Positions 26,853 to 34,729 of a stretch of DNA of 64,000 nucleotides are shown here, one piece after another. Origin of the DNA: Opitutales bacterium (GTDB lineage Bacteria; Verrucomicrobiota; Verrucomicrobiia; Opitutales; Opitutaceae); contig JBBRWR010000010.1 of NCBI GenBank assembly GCA_038249085.1, forward strand, positions 11,009 to 75,008. Direction: 5' to 3'. Each line of letters begins with the position of its first letter. The first letter of the stretch is position 1. Under the pieces are notes generated by a model, which saw nothing but the letters and a program-made list of their open reading frames with translations, was not told the origin of the DNA and made no database searches. The position numbers and the translations under genes are program-made.

Positions 26853-27247
26853 CGCCTGCAGACCATCCGGGGATTTCCTCGCCCGCGGGCGTGTTCACGG
26901 CAAGCCGGCCGGGAACGACCCTGGCGGCGCGCCGCGACGACGGTACGAGGACCGCCACGCCTTCGGGTCGCCCGCGACATCCTCGGGCGCCGAAATCGTC
27001 TCGCCACGTCCGGAGCGGTGCGGCAGTAGCATGCCTGCCGCCTGCCGTGAACATCCCGCCATCGAACTGCGACCGCAATCACCACCACCGACCCCTGCGC
27101 CTCGTCAGTCCACTTGGGGCGGGCCCACGCCGCGTTGCTCCTTTCCGCCGCGATTATCCCGCATCCCACGCGTGGCGGAGATGAACGGACCGCCAGCCAA
27201 CCGCCACCAGGGAGCGCGCCTGCCGAGCGCTTCCCACCCCCAGAACC

Positions 27248-30247
27248 ATGAATACTCCCTCCAACCGTCCCTCCTCCGTGGCCACTGTTCGCGTGGCCAC
27301 TTTCCTCGGCCTCCTGGCCGCCGCGGCAAACTTCCTCTCCGCCGCCACTCCCGACCAGGCCGCCTCCGGGCTCACCGCGACCGGTGAAATCCGCGGCCAG
27401 GTGAGCAATGCCGCGACCGGCGCCTACCTGGAGAATGTCGCGATCAAGGTCCGCGCAACCGGCCGGGAGTACACGACGGAACGCGACGGTTCCTTCGCCA
27501 TCGCCGGCCTGCCCCCGGGCCGGTATGCCTTGGACATCGAATACCCGGGGCTGGATCGGAGGACCGAGGACGTGCAGGTCAGCGGCGGCCAGGTGGCAAA
27601 GTTGGCGGTGGCGCTCACCTCGGATTTGTATGTGATGTCCAAGTACGTCGTCGCCGGGCAGCGCGAGGGCAGCGCGGCGGCAATCTCCGAGCAACGTTAC
27701 GCGCCCAATATTTCCAACATCATCACCGCGGACGCCTTTGGTGACATCACCAAGGCCAATGTCGGCAATCTGCTGCGCCGCATTCCGGGCGTGACCGGCA
27801 TCACCGACGACGAAATCGACACCAGCGTGATTCAGGTGCGCGGCATGGATGCCAGCCTGACCAGCATCGACATCGACGGCACGCGGGCGGCCAGCGCGCT
27901 GAACGGCAGCCGCAAGCAAAACGTGAACGCGATCCCCGTCGACATCATCGAGAAGGTCGAGGTGGCCAAGGCGCCCACGGCGGCGGACGACGCCGATTCG
28001 CTCGGCGGCCGGGTCAAACTCACCACCAAGAGCGCCTTCGACCTCAAGGATCGGTACCTCAACGTGCGGGCGGGTTCCTCCTACAACAAGACCTACGGCA
28101 AGAAGGTCACGGAGGACGGCCAGGACACCCTGCCGGCGAGTGTCGGAGTCATCTATTCGGACGTGTTCGATCTCATGGGCCGGCCGCGCTCCTTCGGGAT
28201 GTTTGTCGCCGCCAACTACGACCGGTTCCTGGACGCGCGCTCTCTCACGCAATTCGGCAATGTCAACGCCACGGGCGGCAGCCCGTCCGCCACCCAGACC
28301 AAGGATTACAGCACGTTCAACTTCACCAGCGACGAGCTGCACCAGCAGAAGCGCATGGGCGGAAGCGTGCGGTTGGAATACAAACTCGCCGACCACACCA
28401 AGCTCGGCGTGTCGGCGCTCTTCAGCCGCTACGTCGACGACTTTGATCGGGCGCGCAACGGCACCAACGGCGCGACGATCGATCTGGCCCTGTCGGATCC
28501 GGATCCCAACTTCACGGTGGTAAACAACGCCTCGTACATGGGGCAGCGGAACCTGCGGGAAAGCCAGACCGACACCATGAACCTGCGCGCGTTCGGCACC
28601 ACGAAGCTGGCCGGCTGCAAGTTCACCTACGATCTGAATTTCCAGCAGGCCCAGAAGTACGAGTTCCGCAATCAGACGCAGTTCATCTCGAACCGGAAAT
28701 TCTCCTACTCCCTGGACTGGCGGCCGGATCCGACGTATCCGTATCCCGTGGTCCGTTCCGGACTGGATCCCTTCACGGATCGTTTCGCCGACACCGCGAG
28801 CACGTCGCTCGAGGTGCGCCGGCAGGCGGTCGACAAGGAAATCTGGGGCAGCCGGTTCGACGTCGAGAAGGCGTACGAGTGGAAATGGCCCCTCAAGCTG
28901 AAGACGGGCCTGCGTTACCGGGACGAGGCGCAGGCGGACGATCAGGACCGGTTCGTGGCCGCCTTGGCGACGGCGGCGGGCCGGAACCTGGGCGCGTATC
29001 TCGACGACAACTGGAAGAACGGCGGCGGGGTCGACCACTACCCGGTCGGCGCGGTGCCCAGCAACCAGAAGGTGCTCGGTTCGAACGTGCAGTTCGTGGG
29101 CGGGGCGGATCCGCGCACGGCGTGGAGCTTCGATCCCCGCGTCATCACGATGAATGCGAGCAGCACGGTGCAAAATTCGCTGCTCAACGATCGCAAGATC
29201 GAGGAGGAGGTTTACGCGGGCTATGTCGAGGGCTCGATGAAGTTCGGGGCGCTGACCGCGCAGGGCGGCGCGCGCTACGAACGCACGGATCTCACCGGCA
29301 CCACCGGGGTGCGCAACCGCGCCGTGAGCGACGTCCTCGCCCAGTTCAACGGCCGGAGCCGCGTCTCCGCCCGTTACGATGACCTCTTCCCCAGCCTGCA
29401 CCTCCGCTACGGCCTCACGGATGCCCTGCTCGTGCGCGCCTCAGTGAGCACCACCATCGGCCGCCCACCCCTCGACACCGTGACGGCCAGCGAGGACGTC
29501 AACCTCTCGTCCCGGGCCATCACCGTCGCCAACCCCGACCTGCAGCCCCAGCGCTCGACCAACTATGACGCCAGCCTCGAGTACTATTTCAGGCCCGTGG
29601 GCGTGGTGTCGGTGGGGGTGTTCCAGAAGGACATCCGCGACTATATCGGCACGGTCTCCACGGTGATCTCGGAGGCGGCGGCCGCCGAATTGGGCGCGCC
29701 GTTGACGAACCCCAATCCCAACACGATGACGTGGACCCTCACCACGGATGAAAACAACGGGACCGCGCGCGTCCGGGGCGTGGAGTTCAATTACTCGCAG
29801 CAATTCGCCTTCCTGCCGGGCGTGTGGCGCGGGCTGGGCGTGTTTGCGAATTACACCTGGCTGCAGTCCTCCGGCACGCGGCAGACGACCAGCGGCGCCC
29901 CGGTGGAGATTCCATTGATCAACTTCATCCCCCGGAGCGGCAATGCCGGGCTCAGCTACACCTACGGGCGGTGGGACGCCCGCCTCCAGGTGAACTACCA
30001 CTCGGATTTCTGCGACGGCTACAACGCGACGAATCCCCGCCTGCGCAACTCCTTCCGGGGGGCGCGTTCGCAGTGGGATTTCAACGGTCGCTGCAAACTC
30101 ACCCGCCAACTCTCGGTGTTTGCGAACCTGAGCAATTTCACCTCGCAGGATGAACCGGATTTCAACGGCTGGGTGGGGCCGACGCGCCGCGACCAGACCA
30201 TCAGTTATTCCTTCATCATCACCGCCGGCGTGAGCGCGTCGTTCTGA
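27248..30247 (+). CDS. TonB-dependent receptor with carboxypeptidase-regulatory-like N-domain
   Basis: 999 aa with a signal peptide. CarbopepD_reg-like segment (GEIRGQVSNAATGAYLENVAIKV...DGSFAIAGLPPGRYAL). Plug block (ITADAFGDITKANVGNLLRRIPGVTG). Barrel ends in ...AGVSASF. Confidence 0.9.
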   Translation: MNTPSNRPSSVATVRVATFLGLLAAAANFLSAATPDQAASGLTATGEIRGQVSNAATGAYLENVAIKVRATGREYTTERDGSFAIAGLPPGRYALDIEYPGLDRRTEDVQVSGGQVAKLAVALTSDLYVMSKYVVAGQREGSAAAISEQRYAPNISNIITADAFGDITKANVGNLLRRIPGVTGITDDEIDTSVIQVRGMDASLTSIDIDGTRAASALNGSRKQNVNAIPVDIIEKVEVAKAPTAADDADSLGGRVKLTTKSAFDLKDRYLNVRAGSSYNKTYGKKVTEDGQDTLPASVGVIYSDVFDLMGRPRSFGMFVAANYDRFLDARSLTQFGNVNATGGSPSATQTKDYSTFNFTSDELHQQKRMGGSVRLEYKLADHTKLGVSALFSRYVDDFDRARNGTNGATIDLALSDPDPNFTVVNNASYMGQRNLRESQTDTMNLRAFGTTKLAGCKFTYDLNFQQAQKYEFRNQTQFISNRKFSYSLDWRPDPTYPYPVVRSGLDPFTDRFADTASTSLEVRRQAVDKEIWGSRFDVEKAYEWKWPLKLKTGLRYRDEAQADDQDRFVAALATAAGRNLGAYLDDNWKNGGGVDHYPVGAVPSNQKVLGSNVQFVGGADPRTAWSFDPRVITMNASSTVQNSLLNDRKIEEEVYAGYVEGSMKFGALTAQGGARYERTDLTGTTGVRNRAVSDVLAQFNGRSRVSARYDDLFPSLHLRYGLTDALLVRASVSTTIGRPPLDTVTASEDVNLSSRAITVANPDLQPQRSTNYDASLEYYFRPVGVVSVGVFQKDIRDYIGTVSTVISEAAAAELGAPLTNPNPNTMTWTLTTDENNGTARVRGVEFNYSQQFAFLPGVWRGLGVFANYTWLQSSGTRQTTSGAPVEIPLINFIPRSGNAGLSYTYGRWDARLQVNYHSDFCDGYNATNPRLRNSFRGARSQWDFNGRCKLTRQLSVFANLSNFTSQDEPDFNGWVGPTRRDQTISYSFIITAGVSASF

Positions 30248-30298
30248 GCGATGGGCGCAGCGATTCTTCCGCGTCGCACGGATTCGTCCTCTATCCGG

Positions 30299-30324
30299 TG
30301 TAGGGCCGCACCTGGGTGCGGGCC
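30299..30324. repeat. single GTAGG-headed hairpin (REP-like, possible terminator of the receptor gene)
   Basis: GTAGGGCCGCACCTGGGTGCGGGCC lies 50 nt after the TGA at 30247. It is an imperfect 8-9-bp GC stem. Confidence 0.5.
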
Positions 30325-30430
30325 TGAAAAGCGGGGCGAGGGTCAGTGCGGGCTTCGCGGCCTGGGCCAAGGTCCGGCCCTGCACGTAGCGCGGGGCGTC
30401 GCCGAGACGTTCCAACGGGTTTGGTCGCGG

Positions 30431-33400
30431 TTGTTCGCCTTCCCGCGGTGGCTTTCCGGTCGACTCCATCCCTGGCTGGCCGCCGGGCTGCTGCTGGGGG
30501 CCACGCCCGCGCCCGCGCCCGGCGCGGCCGTGGCCGGTGGCCTGGTCGGTCATTGGACGTTCGACGATGGCACCGGCCGCGATGCCAGCGGGGCGGGGAA
30601 CGACCTGGTGCCGGGCGCGGCGCAGATTTATCCGCTGGGCCCGGGCCGGGCCTGCCTCCGGCTCAACCCCGACGGGAACGGCGCGACGATTCCGGTGCCG
30701 GCGGGTTCGCCGCTCGCCATCGCCCGCGGAACTTTCTGCTTCTGGCTCAACGTGGGCGTGAAGAGTTCCGGCTCCGTGCTGGAGTTCGACAACCGCGCCG
30801 TTCAGTTGCAGGTGTATCGGAGCCACTTCCAGCCGCGGTTCCGGGGCGAGGGCGATTTCCGCTTCGGCAATGCGCTGCTTGGCCCCGACTGGCCGCGATT
30901 TCTGCTGCGGGAAAGCGCCTTCTACCCCCACGAGCGGGCCGTCACCGGCGAGGGCGAGTGGCATCATTTCGCCGTGGCCTACGACGATCGGGCGAAACAG
31001 ATCACCGGCTGGCGCGACGGCGCGCTGATTTCCGTGGTCGATCTGTCGACGGTGGCGATGGAGCCGTTGCTGCGCGAAGGGTTGAAGGCGATCACCCTCG
31101 GCGAGGGCTTCTCCGGCTTCCTTGACGAGCTCCGCATCTACGATCGGCCCCTGCCCGGCGACGAGGTGCGGCGCCTTTATGCGGCGGAGCGTGCGGCGTT
31201 TGCCGGCCGCCACGATGCGGTGGACGACAGCCGGAAATTGGAGGTTTATTCGTATCAGGAGCAGGACCGCACCCTCTACCGCGCGTGGCTGCAGCACCAA
31301 CCCCTGGCCCGGCCGAAGTCGCGTGAACTTCTCGCGCGCATCGTCGCCGAGGGGACCCACCCCACCGTGCAAAACGCCGCCCGCGAGCTGGCGGCCGCCC
31401 TGCGGGAGATGGTCGGTCCGGCGGAAATTCTCGCGGCGCCGGCTTCCGCCCCGCAGATCATCCTCGGCACGCCCGAGACCTCGGCCTGGATCCGGGCGCA
31501 GGCCGCGGCGCTGGGCCTCGAGGCGATCCGGCACGACGGTTATGTTCTGAAGACACTCGAGGAAAACGGCGCAGCCGTCGTCGTCGTCGCGGCGCGGCAG
31601 CCGGCGGGCGTGGTGTTTGGCGTGTTTGACTTGCTCCGCCGTCTGCAACTCGGCGCCGATCCCGCGCAGCTCGCGGCGGTGGAGAACCCGGGCGTGGCGC
31701 TGCGGATGGTGAACCACTGGGACATCTGGCGCGGCTTCCCGCACGACGACTGGCGCGGCCGGGAACCGGAGCAGGCCGGCGCGGAGGGTAACCGGAGCAA
31801 CTCCCTCTACAGTTGGGACGAACTCCGCCGCGGCGACACCCGCCGGATCCGCGACTGGGCCCGCCTGCTCGCCTCCGCCGGCTGGAACGCCGTGTGCCCG
31901 ACGGAAATCAACTGGGAGTTCCGCAACAACTTTCTCGACCACCTCGACGAGGTGAAGACCCTCGCCGGAATTTTCCGGGAATACGGCCTCACCCTGTACT
32001 GGAGTCCCAATTACCTGCTCGCCCTGCGCCCGGACACCGCGGACCGGCTCTACGCGGCCGTGCCGGATTTCGGCGGGTATCTGCTCAAGCTCGGCTCCGA
32101 GGCGCAGGAGGGCGATCCGCGTCCGCCCATGGTCAATCCCATCGCCGACTGCCTCAAGCCCCACGGCGGCCAGGCGCTCGTCCGCGCCTTCGTCTACGGC
32201 AAGTATCGCTACTCCGCCGACGACATCCGCAGCCTCAATCCCCACGACATCATCGCCCCCGAGGACGGCCGGTACCGCGACAACGTCGTGCTCGTCAGCA
32301 AGGGCAGCCCGCTGGATTGGGATCTGTCGGCGCCCATTCCCGCCCTCGATGGGGCGATCAAGCGAAACCGCTATGGCAGCGAACTCGTGATCGCGAAAAA
32401 CTGGCCGCTTTCGTGGGTGGAGAAATGGAAGTGGTGGCTGGAGCAGGACAACTACGGTCGCGGCCCCGGCAGCCTGAACAAGTTTTCACTGCATTGCCTC
32501 CTCGGCGTCGCGATGATCAATCCCGCCCCGGCGTGGACCACGTGCCCGTTGAACATGGTCAATTATTACGGCCTCGGCCGGCTGGGCTGGAATCCGGATC
32601 TGACCCTGGACGAAATCTACACCGAGTGGATCCGGCTCACCTTCGGCGACGATCCGGAGGTCATGGCCACGATCAAGACGATCCTGCTGCTCTCGGACGA
32701 CGCCACCCGCAAGCTCTACCTGTACCGCGGGTACCGCGGCGTGTGGCTCGACCGCCGCGAATCCCGCGACCTGGTCCAGAAGAAGACTCCCCATGCGATC
32801 ACGCGGGAAGGCCTGGGCATCGCGACCCCGGCGCGGCGGGAGCGCGTGCTGGGCCAGTATGCGCCGGGCCTGCGCGAAATCTACGGCGACCCGCGGCGCG
32901 GCGAGGAGTTCTTCGCCTCGTTCAACTTCGAGTCTCTCGATTACCGGCTGCTCTCCGGCCGGACCGTGATGCAGGATGTCTACGCGAACCTCGACGAAGG
33001 CGTGCAACTGGCCGCCGCCCTGCCGCGGCTGTGGCGCCGGCTGGAGGCGAAGATCGACGGGCGCCGCTTCCAAGCCACCCTCGAGACGCTGGACGAGTTC
33101 GCCCTCACGGCGCAGCAGGAGCGCGACGCCACGGTGAAGAGTTTCGAAGCGGTCACCAAGCGGCCCTACGCCAAGACCATGGCCGGGCTCGCGCCGGCGA
33201 ACCGGGCGGAGTCGCAGCTGTTCAACGTGCGCGATTTCGGCGCCCGGGGCGACGGCACGGGGAATGAGGCTGCAGCGCTCAACGCGGCCATCGAGGCGGC
33301 GCACGCCGCGGGCGGCGGCACGGTGTTGGTGCCCGCCGGCGTCTACGCCACCGGTTCGGTCCGCCTGCAAAGCAACGTGACGCTGGCGCTCGATACCGGC

Positions 33401-34597
33401 GCCGTGCTGCGCGCGCTCGCCGGGGCGATGAATCCCTGGGAGCCGAACCCGCACGATCGGGGACTCATGGACGCCGCCTATTATCACTGGCAGGCTTCGC
33501 TGCTTTGGGGTGAAAACCTTGAGCACGTGAAGATCCTCGGCCCCGGCACGCTGGACGGCGCGGCGCTGACGCGCAGCAGCAAGGTGCCGGCCGGCACCGG
33601 CGACAAGGCCATCGCGCTGAAGCAGTGCCGCGGCGTGGAGATCCGCAACCTGCACATCGAACAGGGCGGCCACTATGCGATCCTCGCCACCGGGTGCCGG
33701 GATGTCGTCATCGACCTGGTGACCATCCACACCGGGCGCGACGGGCTCGACTTGATGCAATGCCGCGATGTCACGGTCTCGAACTGCCACATCGATTGCG
33801 TCCGCCGCGAGGACGGTCGGCCCGCGGGCGGCGACGACGCGATCAAGCTGGGCAGTGATCTATCGCTGGGCGAGGTCCTGCCCAGCGACAACATCACGGT
33901 ACGAAATTGCTTCCTGGCCAGCGGCTGCAACACGCTGCAATTCGGCTCCGAGACCATCGGCGCGTTTCGCAACCTCCGCTTCGAGAATATCCGGATCGTC
34001 GGGGCCGGGAAGGCGGGCATCAGCGTCACCAGCAACGACGGCAGCGTGATTGAGGACGTGTCTTTTCGGGACATCACGATGGAGCAGACCTTCGCCCCCA
34101 TCTTCCTCAAGATCTCCGATGTCGCGCGCGTGCCGGACGGGGCCTACCGGCGCGGATCTATTCGCAAGGTGCGCTTCGAGAACATCACGGCCACCGACTG
34201 CTATTCGGCGATTCGGCGGGCCGGGATGCCCTCCGTGATCTGGGGCAAGCCCGGCAGTCCGATCGAGGACATCGAGTTTCGGAACGTCCGCCTGCTCGTG
34301 AAAGGCGGGCATCCGTCGCAGGAGGCCACCCTGCAGCCCGCCGAGAACGACGCCCGGTTCCCCCGCGACGTCGGGGCGGTGCCGGCCTATGGGTTTTACC
34401 TGCGTCACGTCCGGAACATCAATTTCACCGACTGCGCCCTTGGCTTCGAGCAGGATGACGGCCGACCGGCCCTCGGGGTGGATGATGGCGAGCAGGTCGT
34501 CCTGCGCGGCTGCGAGCTGCAGAACGGGGCCGGGCGTCAATCCCCGGTCGGTGGGCGTGGCGGTTCCGGTGTGTCGATCGGGCCACGGCAGCGATGA
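30431..34597 (+). CDS. multidomain glycosidase: LamG/concanavalin-like + GH67-like (alpha-glucuronidase family) + GH28 (polygalacturonase family)
   Basis: The long ORF is listed from 30251, but its first ~60 codons cover the hairpin at 30299. The TTG at 30431 would give a signal-like N-terminus (..RLHPWLAAGLLLGATPAPAPGAA). LamG blocks: LVGHWTFDDGTG...LDELRIYDRPL. GH67-like blocks: RMVNHWD, RIRDWARLLASAGWN, PDFGGYLLKLGSE, NYYGLGRLGWNPDL, TFGDDPEV. GH28 blocks: NVRDFGARGDGTG, GRDGLDL, DDAIKLGSD. Confidence 0.85.
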   Translation: MFAFPRWLSGRLHPWLAAGLLLGATPAPAPGAAVAGGLVGHWTFDDGTGRDASGAGNDLVPGAAQIYPLGPGRACLRLNPDGNGATIPVPAGSPLAIARGTFCFWLNVGVKSSGSVLEFDNRAVQLQVYRSHFQPRFRGEGDFRFGNALLGPDWPRFLLRESAFYPHERAVTGEGEWHHFAVAYDDRAKQITGWRDGALISVVDLSTVAMEPLLREGLKAITLGEGFSGFLDELRIYDRPLPGDEVRRLYAAERAAFAGRHDAVDDSRKLEVYSYQEQDRTLYRAWLQHQPLARPKSRELLARIVAEGTHPTVQNAARELAAALREMVGPAEILAAPASAPQIILGTPETSAWIRAQAAALGLEAIRHDGYVLKTLEENGAAVVVVAARQPAGVVFGVFDLLRRLQLGADPAQLAAVENPGVALRMVNHWDIWRGFPHDDWRGREPEQAGAEGNRSNSLYSWDELRRGDTRRIRDWARLLASAGWNAVCPTEINWEFRNNFLDHLDEVKTLAGIFREYGLTLYWSPNYLLALRPDTADRLYAAVPDFGGYLLKLGSEAQEGDPRPPMVNPIADCLKPHGGQALVRAFVYGKYRYSADDIRSLNPHDIIAPEDGRYRDNVVLVSKGSPLDWDLSAPIPALDGAIKRNRYGSELVIAKNWPLSWVEKWKWWLEQDNYGRGPGSLNKFSLHCLLGVAMINPAPAWTTCPLNMVNYYGLGRLGWNPDLTLDEIYTEWIRLTFGDDPEVMATIKTILLLSDDATRKLYLYRGYRGVWLDRRESRDLVQKKTPHAITREGLGIATPARRERVLGQYAPGLREIYGDPRRGEEFFASFNFESLDYRLLSGRTVMQDVYANLDEGVQLAAALPRLWRRLEAKIDGRRFQATLETLDEFALTAQQERDATVKSFEAVTKRPYAKTMAGLAPANRAESQLFNVRDFGARGDGTGNEAAALNAAIEAAHAAGGGTVLVPAGVYATGSVRLQSNVTLALDTGAVLRALAGAMNPWEPNPHDRGLMDAAYYHWQASLLWGENLEHVKILGPGTLDGAALTRSSKVPAGTGDKAIALKQCRGVEIRNLHIEQGGHYAILATGCRDVVIDLVTIHTGRDGLDLMQCRDVTVSNCHIDCVRREDGRPAGGDDAIKLGSDLSLGEVLPSDNITVRNCFLASGCNTLQFGSETIGAFRNLRFENIRIVGAGKAGISVTSNDGSVIEDVSFRDITMEQTFAPIFLKISDVARVPDGAYRRGSIRKVRFENITATDCYSAIRRAGMPSVIWGKPGSPIEDIEFRNVRLLVKGGHPSQEATLQPAENDARFPRDVGAVPAYGFYLRHVRNINFTDCALGFEQDDGRPALGVDDGEQVVLRGCELQNGAGRQSPVGGRGGSGVSIGPRQR

Positions 34598-34729
34598 AAG
34601 TTCCGGAGCTCGCTCCAGGGTGGCCAGGCGTAGAGCGAGGGTTCACGCTGGTTTCGCCCGGAGAAAATTCTTCGGAAACGCCGACTAACGCGGTTGCATT
34701 ACCCCGGGGAAGCCACTGGAAATTCCCCG

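Noticed and set aside
26853-27247. Possible riboswitch (e.g. cobalamin) in the ~400-nt leader of the TonB-dependent receptor gene
   Set aside because: I could not find a B12-box-like core or any other riboswitch consensus I recognise by eye. An Infernal/Rfam scan would be needed to exclude it.
26660-29401. 913-aa ORF on the minus strand; similar giants lie at 29441-32245, 34745-37213, 37886-40249, 3345-5972 (+), 20810-22780, 23306-24976, 49393-51417, 53708-56038 (+), 57449-58963 and 60687-62540 (+)
   Set aside because: Each is antisense to, or out of frame with, a gene that has strong family motifs. Their products are Arg/Gly/Pro/Ala-rich with no motifs. Long stop-free shadow frames are expected in very GC-rich DNA.
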